Shown here in pieces: positions 1-12,279 of a stretch of 64,000 nucleotides of DNA. The stretch is from Tubiluchus corallicola (lineage: Eukaryota > Animalia > Priapulida). The stretch covers positions 1-64,000 of the forward strand of contig JAQGDQ010000560.1 of assembly GCA_030141605.1 (NCBI GenBank), in the 5' to 3' direction. Numbering within the stretch: the first letter of the stretch is position 1; each line of letters starts with the position of its first letter. A program made the position numbers and the translations under genes. Below the pieces are notes generated by a model. It ran no database searches. It worked only from the letters and a program-made list of their open reading frames with translations, and was not told the DNA's origin.

Positions 1-71
1 GTGCATTCCTCAATACTGTCCTTTTGTTGTCTTCGCAGACTGTCAAGTTCCTTGCGTAGCAACTGATGAAC
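1..71 (-). CDS. CCDC186: CCDC186-like coding exon 8 (partial)
   Basis: ttttag|VHQLLRKELDSLRRQQKDSIEEC..., resembles [22 protein letters not shown] of CCDC186. Confidence 0.8.
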
Positions 72-1687
72 CTAAAACAATAAATATAAACTTTATATTT
101 TAACTCTATCAACAACGAATTTAGATTGTTTTCATAAAACGTAGCACAGGCTGTCAGTGGAAAAGAATGTGGTATATCTAGAAGTAAATAAAAATGGCTG
201 CTGTAGAGTTATGAAGCCATCTTTGAAGCCAAAACTGTCCTAAATCTTAGACTCAGCAGACCATTGGTCACTTATTTCCCATTATAATAAATGTTCAAAA
301 ATGCTGAGTGTAACATTTTGGATATGATATGTCTACTGTCATTTGCTATTTACATTGATCAATTTAGCTTGTATAATTTTTGACTTATTTTGTCACCAGA
401 TGGCTGTTACTTTCTTATCCTGAGTTTTTATTTAAGCTAACTGAAGGCAGATCCATGTTTAATTTAGTTAATGGGGGTAGCCCAAAACCTTTACTTTCCT
501 TTGTACCAACTAACTCCCTGTTAGTGATTGAATTACAGAATGGATGATCATCATGGATGAATATTCAATACGTTAAAACCAAGATATATATTTCCTCGTA
601 TAAACTTCACTTGTTTTGCACATCTGCGTGGAGATGTAGTATTAGATATGCCATACAGATACACCTTGACAGTGTACATGTATAGTGAGTGGAAGCCAGA
701 AGGAGTGACTTAGAAAAGTTAGTTCAGGTAGAGAGCTGCTTACGTTCGGATGTTAAAAGCAGCCATGTTAATAAAAAGCAGTGAATAGATGTTGGTAACA
801 ACCTGAAAGTGCTTGTGGAGCCGACAATGGTTACCTTGGTGTAGCTGTAGCTGGTGGTGTTGGTAGACTAGACCCACTGTCAAAGTCAACTATCTTATAT
901 TCATCAATCTAAGGTGCAGAGCCATATTTTGGTATGGGACAGACAGTCATTTGCCATAGTGTTGATGTTCAAAACGTGCAATCAAAGTTCTTTAGACGGA
1001 TAATCGAATCGAGAGCCAACGAGCCCGATGACCCATTTTCAATCGTGTGGAATTTGTGCTCGAAAGCGAACACACCATGTGTACAATATGTGAAAGCTAT
1101 CCTTCGTAAAATGGATATTATCTCTGACGACCTCGAAAACACAAAACAACATATCAGGGATTCCGAAAGAACTAAACTGTGCACCTATCTCTATCTGAAT
1201 CCCCAACTATCTGTCAGTGCAATGTATAGTGTTAACGTAAATGAGCTCCATAGGATTAAAACATCTCGGTTACGCCTCTCCTCACATAACTTGGCTATTG
1301 AGACTGGAAGATATGCAAGGATAAAAAGAGAGGACAGGCTATGCTCCTGTTCTGGCTTAAACATTCAAACAGAAGAGCATGTTATCTGTTTTTGTCCACT
1401 TACGAATCACCTTCGTGAAGATAACACTGAACTGAGCTTCAACGATTTGCATGAATTTTTCAATGGAAACCCAATGTCATAGTGTGAATTTGTAAATAAT
1501 TCTTTAGCTGTTTTTGGACAGTAATGATCATGTTAGGCGATAATAAGTGTGTAGTGAGAATTTGTAAATAATTCTTCAGTTATTTTTTGACAGTAATGAT
1601 CATGTTATATGATCAAAAGTCCTTTTTTGTAGTGATCTATGGACTGAACCAAAATATCATGTTCGACTATCTCTTAATCAGTCAATA

Positions 1688-1721
<34 letters not shown>

Positions 1722-4700
1722 GAGTCAGACTTATTCTGTGCAGAACAAGTTGCCGCTAAGACATATCATTACTACATTTTCTAATATCTGGAGGAACATT
1801 AACTGTTTGCCACACGTCCATCATTAACTTCTTGAAGTGAAGATTGGGACTTGCTAGTAAAATGACTCAGGCCTGCTGGTGAAGTGCAGTCTATGGCGCC
1901 TCCCGCTAACTGCCTTCTTACTATCCCTTCATTACCTTGGGAATGGGCTTTACTTTGTGCACACCCTGTATATTTCTCATAAATTGTAATTCTGATTAGA
2001 AAACCGTTTTGTCAGTGTTTTAAAGCTTTATTTTGTTATCATACAGCAAATTTCACTGTTATTTACATCCTTTAACTTTTATGAAGTGAACGCAGCTTTA
2101 ATTTCAATAAACCTACAAAAGTGTTGATTTCTGTATAGTAATTATTTACTGTTCTGCGTTAATTTACATTTGGTGATTGGACATTGAGGTTACACCCAGT
2201 AATCACTAGACTGCCTAATAACAATTAATCAGGTAACGATCTCCGTAGAGTTTAAGCAATTTACAGATTTTGTTTGAAGTCCTTAGGCCAAAATTCCGTC
2301 ATGTTACACTGAGTGAGCAACTTTTGAAACACCCGATACAATAAATTTTATAAACTATTAGAATTCCTAGAATTACTTGGAGCGATTCCGAACAAAGTTC
2401 GTGCAAAGACATCTGGTGGAAATTTTTCAAACCGCTAAGACAGTTTTGCTTTGTGCTCGCAGCAAGAAAGGAGGAGAAGCAAACAAAAAAATTGAGAAGA
2501 TAAAAAAAGAAACACCGATGACATCCAACGAAAGCATGCAGCACAAAAAGAGCTGCTCTCACATTTTCAGTCGGCCCTAACGGTCCCACCTCCATTTCTT
2601 CGGCTTTCTCTTCGTGATGTTGGGGCGACTCGTGCTCTCTTTCTCTCGACTTCCCACTAAGGTCAAGGTCACCAGTCAGCGAGTCATCCGGATTCTAAAT
2701 ACAAAGTGAGATAAATTGTATGTTAGTTTTATTGAAGTTGACACAAAATTTTTAAATTACGTAGCTTAAAGAAAACTCTCTACTTAAAAAAATAAAACTT
2801 AAAAAATTCGTCTTGAAATTTTATACCGCTTACTGACTACCTTTTTGTATGCATGGCTTGGATCGGCCTTAACGCTGTATAAAATGTGTAAATTCAAGCT
2901 CCTGCGATGACCGTTAGGCGCAGTCATTTTAATAGCAGGTCGTTTGAAACAAGTTTTGATAACATTAAGTAAAGTTTGAAAAATAATCAAAGCATTGGTA
3001 GCAAACATGTTGCTAATTGAGGAAAATTTTAAATTACTATATCTTGTCAATAAGATTAAAAATACGTTTTTGGCTAGTGAGTGGTGCACCCTGGCGGGTG
3101 AGTCAGCAACATTTTACCAACTGCCACAAACATTTTAAATTATTATTTCTAGTTACATAAGTCTTTCCAGCAGGTAAGTGAAATGCTAAGTAATACAGAT
3201 TTGCAAAGAAAGTTTTTTGGGACATAATTTAGCATTTCCTTTTCTTCCCCTGATTTACATGTCGTAGTGACATCATGTAATGGCGCTGTCGGAACAGTAT
3301 TGCGAGAGATTTAAAATAAAAACAAACGAAAATTCCTTTTAATGCAAGTACGATATCCGCATAAAATTGCTGTAAAGTAATATAATTTCTAAGGCGATTT
3401 TTCTGAAACCTACTTTAGGTATCCCTTTTCCTTTAACATATAACAGTTTCGAATTTAACAAAAATTGTTTCAAGTCATGTAAGGATAACAAGGGAGTTCT
3501 TCACAAGACAAATATGTCAGAACAAAATACATAAATAAGATCACATGGCCTTTTTAAAACTTAATAACTAGTTCATTTAAATTATTAAATCATTAAATAA
3601 ACTGTGTTTATGTTAGGCAGCCTTAAAGGGAGTGAAAGTAATTAAAAGTATCATTCATCATCGTTACCTGATAGTTTTTGATCATTTGTTGACAATTTCG
3701 ACGAATTTGCTCAGTTTCCTCTCTGGTGATTTGAAGTTTTCTGGTAAGATCGTCCAGCTGTGCACGAGTTTCCTGAAACAACCAATCGATAAATACGGTG
3801 CACTATAACTACGCAAGGCGAATCACAACTGAGTTATCATGGCATTGTGCTTAGTGTGACTGGAGTTAAGAATAGAGTCGAGGTGGTCAGTTAATGGATT
3901 GGTGAACCGCTGCTGTATGCACATCAGAATGTGACTGAGGTTGGCTGCTGGTTCAGTGGCTCCTTTAAGAAGCATAAGTTCATAAAGAGATAGGTTGCGG
4001 TCTCACCACCATCATTCAAATTACAGCATGAAATGTTGGATTTCACTTTGCAGAGACCAACCATATTCAAATGAGATCTTGAAACGGGTCCCCTAAACAT
4101 TAGGTACAAGTATTTCAGCCTTGGAAAAATGCCACTCTCTTTTTCTGTCCATCCAGCTAGGGGGAGAGTTTAAAGGACAAGATAACACTTTTCATAAATA
4201 AAGCTTAAAAACTTCGTCTTGAAATTTTGCATCACTAACGTGCTGTCTTATTGCATGCAGAGCTTGCATTAGCAGTAATGCTGTATAAAACTTGTAGATT
4301 TAAACATCCGCGACAGACTGTTAATTAAGTGCAGGCATTTTAACGGTAAGTCATTTGAAACAAGTTTAGATAACATTGCGTGAAGTTTAAAAAATATTCA
4401 GAGAATTTGCAGAACACGCTTCACTAGGCTGACAATAAAAATACTTCTGTTTCTGTCTAATCGTCATAGTAATATTTTTTTAATCATACACCTGGCTGGG
4501 AATTTTATAATTTTTTCTATGTTTATATACTTACTTGGCACTGTGATATAAAAGCGTATTTTCTTTATTTAAAACGTAAAATTCCATAATTATTATAATG
4601 TCGTTCTTTTGGGGAACGCAGGATGCGGCCATGTTTCTTCTACGTCTAACTCTTGGCCAGGGTTGCCACTTTGTATGATGCTCACTGTATTGGAGGCTAA

Positions 4701-7700
4701 AAAGTGTGGAATTTTCTACTAAATCGGTGTATTAACGGCCGAGTTGTGTTGGCGCTTATTCCGTAATCATCAGAACATATGTTATGATAGAAAAAAGAGA
4801 ATATACAATAATCGATAATTATACAATAATTTAGTAAAGCAAAAGTAAAAAAACCGTGTGAAAAAATCTGGATTGAAAAAAATTAAAAGATTACTGCTAA
4901 CCAGGGGGAAATAAACAAACTTTGATTTCAACTGATTTTAAATATTCCGCGATTCAGCTTTAAACATTCACAAAGCTTTAAAAAAATTTTCCTCCCTCCC
5001 TACTGACATCCTTTGAGCTGATGAGGTAAGACAGAAACAATTTTTTTGTATCCAGCCTTAGTTAAGCAAAGTTTATATGACTTTATTTTGTCAGTGAGAC
5101 CAGATACATTTTATGCCGCACACTGGTATGGCGATGCTGTGCGGTTTTCACCAGGTAAGCCAGTGAGAAGACTTACTTTATGTGCATCAACCTCTGCCTG
5201 TAGTTTGTTAGCGTGCCACTTGTTTTTCATCGTTTGTGCGTTCACCTCTTCTTTTAATTTGGTTATCTCTTTCTGCAGCGACTGTACTTCTCCGGAGCGG
5301 GTTTCAATGGCCTTGCCCATGCTGGCTTTCTCTCCCTATTACAAAGGCAGTAAAATATGTGACTACCCGCTAGAAGTTGAACACAATGGTTCAAAACTTA
5401 ATTATTCACCCACAGAATGTGGCTTCTTCCACCCTCCGAATGTGGCTTCATCCACCTTCAGAATGTGGCTTCATCCACCTTCAGAATGTGGCTTCACCCA
5501 CATAATGTGGCTTCATCAACCCTCAGAATGTGGCTTCACCCACATAATGTGGCTTCATCCACCCTCAAAATGTGGCTTCATCCACCCTCAAAATGTGGCT
5601 TCATCCACCCTCAAAATGTGGCTTCATCCACCTTCAGAATGTGGCTTCATCCACCTTCAGAATGCGGCTTCATCCACCCCCAGAATGTGGCTTCATCCAC
5701 ATAATGTAGCTTCATCCACTGTCAGAATGTGGCTTCATCCACAGAATGTGGCTTCAACCACCCTCAGAATGTGGCTTTATCCACAGAATGAGGCTTCATT
5801 CAACTTTTTTACACAAATACATGATGCATTACAACAGAAGTACAAGTATTTTGTTTTGTTGTCATTTAGAAATACAATCAATTTAGAACTTGTCTTAAAT
5901 TTGCTATTTGTATTTTGCTAATTTAGCATTTCATCTTGAAGGATTACCCTTGATAAAAAGCTACATCCCTGTTCCTATTACAATATCTATTAATGCCAGC
6001 GTGAACCTGACTTAATAAATTTTAATTTTGTAGCCAAGGTGGCTCCATCTAAAAGTCGACTAAGCAAAAGAACAGACAGACAGACAAACACGACTGAGAA
6101 TAAAAGACGACCCTGCCGCAGAATTAATAATACCTTTAGTTGTTGCAATCGATTCATCAAGAAATCACGCTCTCTGGCATACTCTCCTACTTTCTTCTCC
6201 GCAGCTTCCCGGGCCTTCTTATTCTCCATCAGCGTCTTCTCGCTGCACGCGTACTTCATCACCATCCCATCTTTTTCAGAGCGGACGGCCTCAAATTGTT
6301 TCGTTAACTGTAATCAATGACCGTATCACTTAATTTACACAACAAACATCAATTTAAACGTAGAAAGAATGAAATACAAAAAGAAACATTGTTCCGAAGA
6401 AATTTTGTTTCCTGAAAAAACACGTTATTTAAATTTCGACATCAAGTTATATTTTCCAATATACATACATATATATATATATATAATTATTTACATATAA
6501 ATATATATATATATATATATAATTTTATTCGTACTCATGGTACAATCACATCAAATAAACAAACAGATCAACAAGCAAAATCACATTAATTAACAAGATT
6601 AGTAAGCAATGTGAATATATACAATTACATGAGAGTACGATATGTTAGTACGGCGTATAATTCATTCCTGTCATAAAAATCAAAACAATTACGATCTAGA
6701 GCCCATATAACTTCTTTAATAAAATTTACAGTCCGTATTTGTTCATCGCTAGCATTACTTCTTACATCTAATGTACAAGAAAAAACTTTAGAAAGAAAAT
6801 TTTCATTTGTGTAAAAAGTTTTGTACTCGTTACAAATAGATAACAAATTATAACCCGTTATAGAAGAGGCATGAAATCGAGAATCATGTGCAAAGAAATT
6901 GGCTATGCGATTTTCACTATATAAGCAACTAAGGTCAAATTTAACAAATCGTTTTTGTAGTTCTTTAAATGAGGGAACAATATCACATATAAGAGGAAGA
7001 CAGTATCTGTGTGATTTAAACGGCAAATTCCAGAGATTTCTTACTGCAACATTCCAAGCTGTACTTAGTTTAAAAATTTTACTATCGACTTTCCAGGTTT
7101 GACCTCCGTAGTAACTGCGACATTAGCTCTGGAAGACACGTGATTTTAAATCTAAGTAGGAAAAATGTTTAGGCACTTTAATATACACAAGACTATTGAA
7201 TCTGTGAAACGGATTAAGGGGTACTGATGACGTAATTCGGCGATATCGTACGTACCTATTCACTAATCATGCCAGCAAAGGAAAGATCAAATTATATGTG
7301 TTTCTATTTGTCCTTACTGGTACCCAAGAATCTGTCTGCAAATGTTTTGGAGTTAAGAGCCTCCAAAGGGCAGGCCAATTTCTTGACCTTTTCGTGTCCT
7401 GGGTCAGCGGGCCATCATGCGAAATTTAAAAAAAAAGTCCAAAATGCTGTTAAAATGGTCGCAAAGAATCATTCCTGAAAGTTTGGCACGTTTATCCGGT
7501 CAGCCCTCACTTCATCAAAATCTGGCCGTATCAAACCAGCCTAAATCTCACTCCGTCAGCAACAAAAAGTTAACGACATTTCACTTAACGTCGCATTAGC
7601 GTCGTTAATCGAGCACTTAGTGTAAAACAAGTTGTAACAGCCCTGACTTTTCTCTTAATGCTTAACAAAAATGTGGTCTGTGAAATTTGCAGTAAATTCT

Positions 7701-10700
7701 CTTTGTTTCGAAACAAAATGCTCTGCAACTGCCAATTTATCTTTTCTATTGCTTTATATTTATTAAAATCTGTGATTGTGATTAGCGAAAACGAGTTCTT
7801 TATCTTTCCCAACTTGTATGTATCTAGTTTACCTGATCTATACGAGCCCGTAACGTAGCAATGGCTTTCCTAGCTGCAGCATCCTGACTCTGCAGCTGCT
7901 GCTGACTGTTCTGGACCTTCTGTTCTAATTCCATGATTGTCTTCTCCAGCTAAGAAAAAATAGCAAAATAACTTCAAAGTTTGAAACTGAACGAACTTGG
8001 TGTTACAAACTGTTTTATTTAAAGGAAAACAGGCTGATTTTTTCATACCACATCCCTTTTCATACATTTTTCAAAGTACAGTAAAAATTATGCATTTTAA
8101 CACCTATGATAATGCCAAAGCATTTGTAAAAATTAAATAATAGGTTTAAAACTTAATTAATGGCAGGCGAGCTCAACTAGTGCTGACATCACAAATGAAC
8201 ATAATTTTCAACAGCATAAGCATTCCACGAGCATGTTGCACGTGTTTGCAAAAACAAACATTGAGTGCAGTGATACTATACAACATTCGATGTGAGATAC
8301 AAAAACTCAGGAAATATTAAGTTTAAAATTCAAATTTCAAGTTTCACGCACGAGCTCTCGAGTGTGAGTACTACATCACAACTGAACACCACTGAACTCA
8401 GATGAACAGCACCTGTTTTTTGTGCAATTCATTTCCAAGATGTAAGTGCTAGCTCTCTCCTCTAGCTAGTAAAAGGCAAAATGCACGTAACAAACTAACA
8501 GAGAGAGAACCTGCCGTTTCTGTGGTAATAATTCTTTCACGTTTCAATATTATATAAAATGGACTGTTTGAGTTATGGTTTTAGATTGGTTCTGGTTTTC
8601 CTTTAAGCAGTGTGGACTATTTTTACAAGTTAATAATTGTTTTATGTATGTGTTTTATAAGTAAAGCAAAGTGTATAAAAAATATTCTTATAAAACACAA
8701 CTAAACAAGAATAATTTTTTGATACAGTTTGGCACTCAGAGGTCGACCTACTTCGGGAAGATAGTTGTCAACTTGTGGCAAGACCAGAGCCCAAAACAGT
8801 TTGCTAAGATGAGACATTGATCTGGTGAACGTGTTTAGGCCTCGATCAGAATGTATCGAATTGCACACTTTCACAATGGGAAAATGCCAATGAGAAGTAC
8901 GGCACAAGGAGAATTGAACTTGGTGGTCGCCCGTCCATTCACTCACTAGCTTTAGTGTTGCTCAACCTTTTTTCCTGAGCATGCACACACAGTACTGGTA
9001 GCCTCTCAGCTACTCACTTGGATGCAGAACATGCCTAGTGTTTCTTTTCAGAGAAATCTGTTTTTATAGTGTTAACTAGAGACATGTTAATTTAATTATT
9101 AGCTTAATGAAAATTACTAAATAATTTTAGACGAGTAAATAATGGCTAACACTATTCGAACTAGCTTAGATGGTATGTAACAATTTGCATCTCACTACAT
9201 AAATTAATTACCGTAGCTATCTGAGTAACGTAAACCGTCTCAGTATCAGATGCAGGAACTGAAGTGGTTTCTTTGACAACTTGTAGTTGCTTAGCAACGA
9301 CATCTCTTTCACTAAGAGCATCACGTAGGCTTTGTGTAATATGCTTATTGTCTGCTTCTAACCTAGAATGCAAAGATTTCGCATATATACAATAATTTTA
9401 ATGTAACAAATTTCAAAGTTAGTCAGTCAAACGGAAGCAGTTTAGTAACAAAGTAACGCTAACAATAAGTTCCTTGACACGATGCTATTTTAATCATATA
9501 AATGCAGAAAAGCAAAAATAAAGCCTGCAAATTATAGCACTTCTACTGGGGCTCCAACCTAAGACCTTCATCTGTGCATGACTACTGTAAATTATGCTTA
9601 GATTAAACGTTCGAAATGCAATAGCAAATTAGAAAGTCTCGAAAATCTTACACTTCTACTGGGACTCCAACCCAAGACCTTCATCTATGCATGACTACTG
9701 TAAATTATGTTTAGGTTAAACGTTCGAAATGCAATAGTAAATTAGAAAGTCTCGAAAATCTTACACTTCTACTGGGACTCCAACCAAGACCTTCATCCGT
9801 GCATGACTACTGTAAATTATGCTTAGGTTAATGGTTCGAAATGCAATAGTAAATTAGAAAGCCTCGAAAATCTTGCACTTCTACTGGGGCTCCAACCCAA
9901 GACCTTCATCTATGCATGACTACTGTAAATTATGTTTAGATTAAATGTTCGAAATGCAAAAGTAAATTGGAAAGGCTGAAAAGTCTTACACTTCTACTGG
10001 GACTCCAACCCAAGACCTTCATCCGTGCATGACTACTGTAAATTATGCTTAGGTTAATGGTTCGAAATGCAATAGTAAATTAGAAAGCCTCGAAAATCTT
10101 GCACTTCTACTGGGGCTCCAACCCAAGACCTTCATCTATGCATGACTACTGTAAATTATGCTTAGGTTAAATGTTCGAAATGCAATAGTAAATTAGAAAG
10201 TCTCGAAAATCTTACACTTCTACTGGGACTCCAACCAAGACCTTCATCCGTGCATGACTACTGTAAATTATGTTTAGATTAGAATACTTTAAGCAAACAT
10301 GCAGACCCCTCAAAAGCTGACAGTGAGGCAGTGATTAGTTAGTATATAAGAGATGAGGACAAACTTGCTAGTAATGACAATGAAGAGGAAAGAAAACGGA
10401 GAAAAGAACGATTAAAGTGATGTAACAATGATAATCTCATCATTGCAATATTTGTAGTTGTATGAAAGGAAGCATGTTGTTTCTGAATATTAAAAGAACA
10501 ATTTTATTACAGGCACTTATAGTTAACAGTTATAGTTAAAAACAACACAACTTTATTAAAACTTTTACATTAAAAAGTTTAACTCATGCCAAAAGTTTTG
10601 ATAGGCTACTGCTGACATCTTCAGTGGAAAAATTTACAAACATACAACCAGTTTATATAGGCACCTATTATGCACTAATATGTATTTAGTAGAAGCCAAA

Positions 10701-12279
10701 TGGGTAATGAATAAGCAGACCAGTAGAAAAGAAATTGATACTGTAAATTATGCACTAATTATGTATTCAACAGAAGCCAAATAGGTAATGAATAAGCAGA
10801 GAAGTAAAGTAGCCTGTCAAAACGTTTGGCACGATTTTAACTTTTTAACGTAAAAGTTTTATTAAAGTTCGTTTTTTTTATAATTAAAAAGAACAGTTTT
10901 TGTTCAAGCTGTTACCTTGCAATTTGAACGTCTTGATCTTTACATCTTTGCATCAGTGATTGTAAATCTGTCTGTACAGCATCACAATCAGCATCCAGAC
11001 TCACGGTAACTAACCGGCAATCGCTGACTGAAGTATCGTCTTCTTTGTTTACATCATCACAGGAAAAATCACAAGTAAAATCGGACGAAAGTTCTTCTTT
11101 TACGATCAAGTTGAAAAATTTGTCGCTTTGGTGGCCTTTGCTTACATCTGTGGTGTCTAAACAAATTGTTGGTTCTTCCCTTTCATCTGAGTCATTTATA
11201 GTTTGCAGCTTATCACAAATTTGCGTAACATAATTTTCACTTGTACTATTCTTATTTGCTGCTGTATCGTGAATTTGCTCACATTCACTAAAATCAGCTT
11301 CACATGAAGCAACATTCGTCAAAACAGCCGTCGATTCAACACTTTGTTCGTAACCTACAATTTCTCTAATACCTTCGGGTTCTGACGAACAAACATGATT
11401 TACACACAGTGCTACCTCTTTTGTAACTTCTGGTATATCCTTCCTCTGCAGTTTCTCGCTGTCATTTAGCATTTCGTCCTGCACATTGTCTGTCGCATTA
11501 TCAGCATTATTGTCATTTGATTTAACATGACAACGATCTTCTGGCTCTTCTCCTGCATCTGCTACGGCAGTTGGTGTAAGACGTTCTACTATTGAAGTGT
11601 TTTCACTTTGAAATTCCGGAGAATCGGGAAAAGCGTCATTTTGACGATCATTTTTATTCTCTGTTTCACTTAAGTTATGATTGCTCGGATGTTCGGAAGC
11701 AGCATCTTCAATAGTTTCTCCATCACCAACGCACGGCAAAGTGTCGGCTAAAGAGGGACTGCTGTCTGGAAAATCACAGCCTGTGGAAGTTGACAAAAGA
11801 ACATCACTTTTTGGTTGACCGGAATGTTCAAAATCTACGTTGTCGTCGATCATATTATCACCTGAACAGTCTGCATCAGCAACTTCACTATCATCATTTG
11901 CCCCGTTGAGAAAGGAATTTGCGTGCGTAGTCGTGTCGGCCCCGTCTCCTCGTTCGTATTCCGTCATCTCGCTACCGGAAAAAGAAGAAACTGACAATAT
12001 TCTAGCATTACACGAAGTTGTTTGGCTGGCGTCGATGTTGTCATGCCGGACTGTGCTGCCATCTGGACGCCCATCACTCTGCAAACTGAGAGAGAAGTCA
12101 GAGATAATGTTCACTTTTGCATTTTCGTCACTGCTGGCATCAGGACCGGCCTTTGCATCACATTTTTTCAAATTTTCAACCACCGAGGCGCTGTTACACG
12201 TCTCTACGGGAAGTGAAATATCATTGTTGCATATCTGGCTTGAGAGCTGCTTTGCACTCGCAACACATTCATCTTCCAT
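1..12279 (-). CDS. CCDC186: Coiled-coil domain-containing protein 186-like, spliced gene, 5' part (continues past left edge)
   Basis: Phase-consistent GT-AG exons 12279-10916, 9362-9212, 7949-7833, 6307-6134, 5335-5177, 3772-3668, 2694-2590, 71-<1. Peptides GMVMKYACSEK, EITKLKEEVNAQTMKNKWHANKLQAEVDAHK and EETEQIRRNCQQMIKNYQ match recalled vertebrate CCDC186 ([58 protein letters not shown]). Confidence 0.9.
934..1718 (+). mobile_element. 5'-truncated non-LTR retrotransposon, ORF2 C-terminus (RTEX/L2-type)
   Basis: RLRLSSHNLAIETGRY...RLC.C...EEHV...C motif of LINE ORF2 ends; AATAAA at 1684 followed by (TA)n tail. Confidence 0.8.
2590..2694 (-). CDS. CCDC186: CCDC186-like coding exon 7
   Basis: tttag|NPDDSLTGDLDLSGKSREREHESPQHHEEKAEEME|gtggga; 105 nt, phase 0/0. 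Confidence 0.7.
2770..3432. mobile_element. Kolobok-like non-autonomous DNA transposon (family A)
   Basis: ttaa|agaaaa ... ttttcct|ttaa; inverted copy near 54840-55505; partial copies near 4170-4410, 20975-21320, 23130-23470, 35900-36200. Confidence 0.6.
3668..3772 (-). CDS. CCDC186: CCDC186-like coding exon 6
   Basis: ttcag|ETRAQLDDLTRKLQITREETEQIRRNCQQMIKNYQ|gtaacg; 105 nt. Confidence 0.9.
3935..4410. repeat. Composite dispersed repeat, inverted near-identical copy at about 35960-36425
   Basis: Both copies translate GLCKVKSNISCCNLNDGGETA.YLFMNLCFL.EPLNQQ (ORF track) and abut the same family A fragment. Confidence 0.8.
4427..5057. mobile_element. Non-autonomous TIR element
   Basis: ggctgacaataaaaatacttctgtttctgtc versus reverse complement of gacagaaacaatttttttgtatccagcc; related copy about 50140-51370. 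Confidence 0.55.
5177..5335 (-). CDS. CCDC186: CCDC186-like coding exon 5
   Basis: aatag|GEKASMGKAIETRSGEVQSLQKEITKLKEE...VDAHK|gtaagt; 159 nt. Confidence 0.9.
5412..5800. repeat. 23-bp minisatellite (cagaatgtggcttcatccaccct), about 17 copies
   Basis: Directly visible; some shorter variant units. Confidence 0.95.
6134..6307 (-). CDS. CCDC186: CCDC186-like coding exon 4
   Basis: tacag|LTKQFEAVRSEKDGMVMKYACSEK...RLQQLK|gtatta; 174 nt. Confidence 0.9.
6460..7230 (-). mobile_element. Degenerate LINE 3' end (RTEX/RTE-like)
   Basis: YYGGQTW...AWNVAVRNLWNLPFKSH...KRFVKF...CLYSEN; AATAAA and (TA)n tail near 6460-6530. Confidence 0.7.
7833..7949 (-). CDS. CCDC186: CCDC186-like coding exon 3
   Basis: tttcttag|LEKTIMELEQKVQNSQQQLQSQDAAARKAIATLRARIDQ|gtaaac; 117 nt, heptad-like. 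Confidence 0.85.
8023..8602. mobile_element. Kolobok-like non-autonomous element (family C)
   Basis: TTAA|aggaaaac ... gttttcct|TTAA; related copies about 27900-28306, 30110-30290, 42850-43445, 52560-53199. Confidence 0.65.
8922..8967 (-). mobile_element. 5S rRNA-derived (SINE3-like) promoter relic
   Basis: gttgagca-N21-tggacgggcgacc resembles the 5S A box and C box with 5S-like spacing. Confidence 0.45.
9212..9362 (-). CDS. CCDC186: CCDC186-like coding exon 2
   Basis: ctag|G TTA GAA..., LEADNKHITQSLRDALSERDVVAKQLQ...QIAT|gtaatt; phase 2 to 0. Confidence 0.8.
9538..10280. repeat. 113-bp tandem repeat, about 6.6 copies
   Basis: cttctactgg recurs at 9540, 9653, 9766, 9878, 9991, 10104, 10217. 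Confidence 0.95.
10916..12279 (-). CDS. CCDC186: CCDC186-like first coding exon, long acidic D/E/S-rich N-terminus
   Basis: 455-aa ORF MEDECVAS...QIA; acceptor at 12331-12332 upstream of ATG; donor AG|gtaac, phase 2. Confidence 0.85.

Noticed and set aside
5018-5040. Hammerhead-like CTGATGA...GAAA
   Set aside because: Stem II does not pair, and the homologous TE end near 51325 lacks the core.
5046-5921. 291-aa plus-strand ORF
   Set aside because: It is the antisense of a CCDC186 exon plus read-through of the 23-bp minisatellite.
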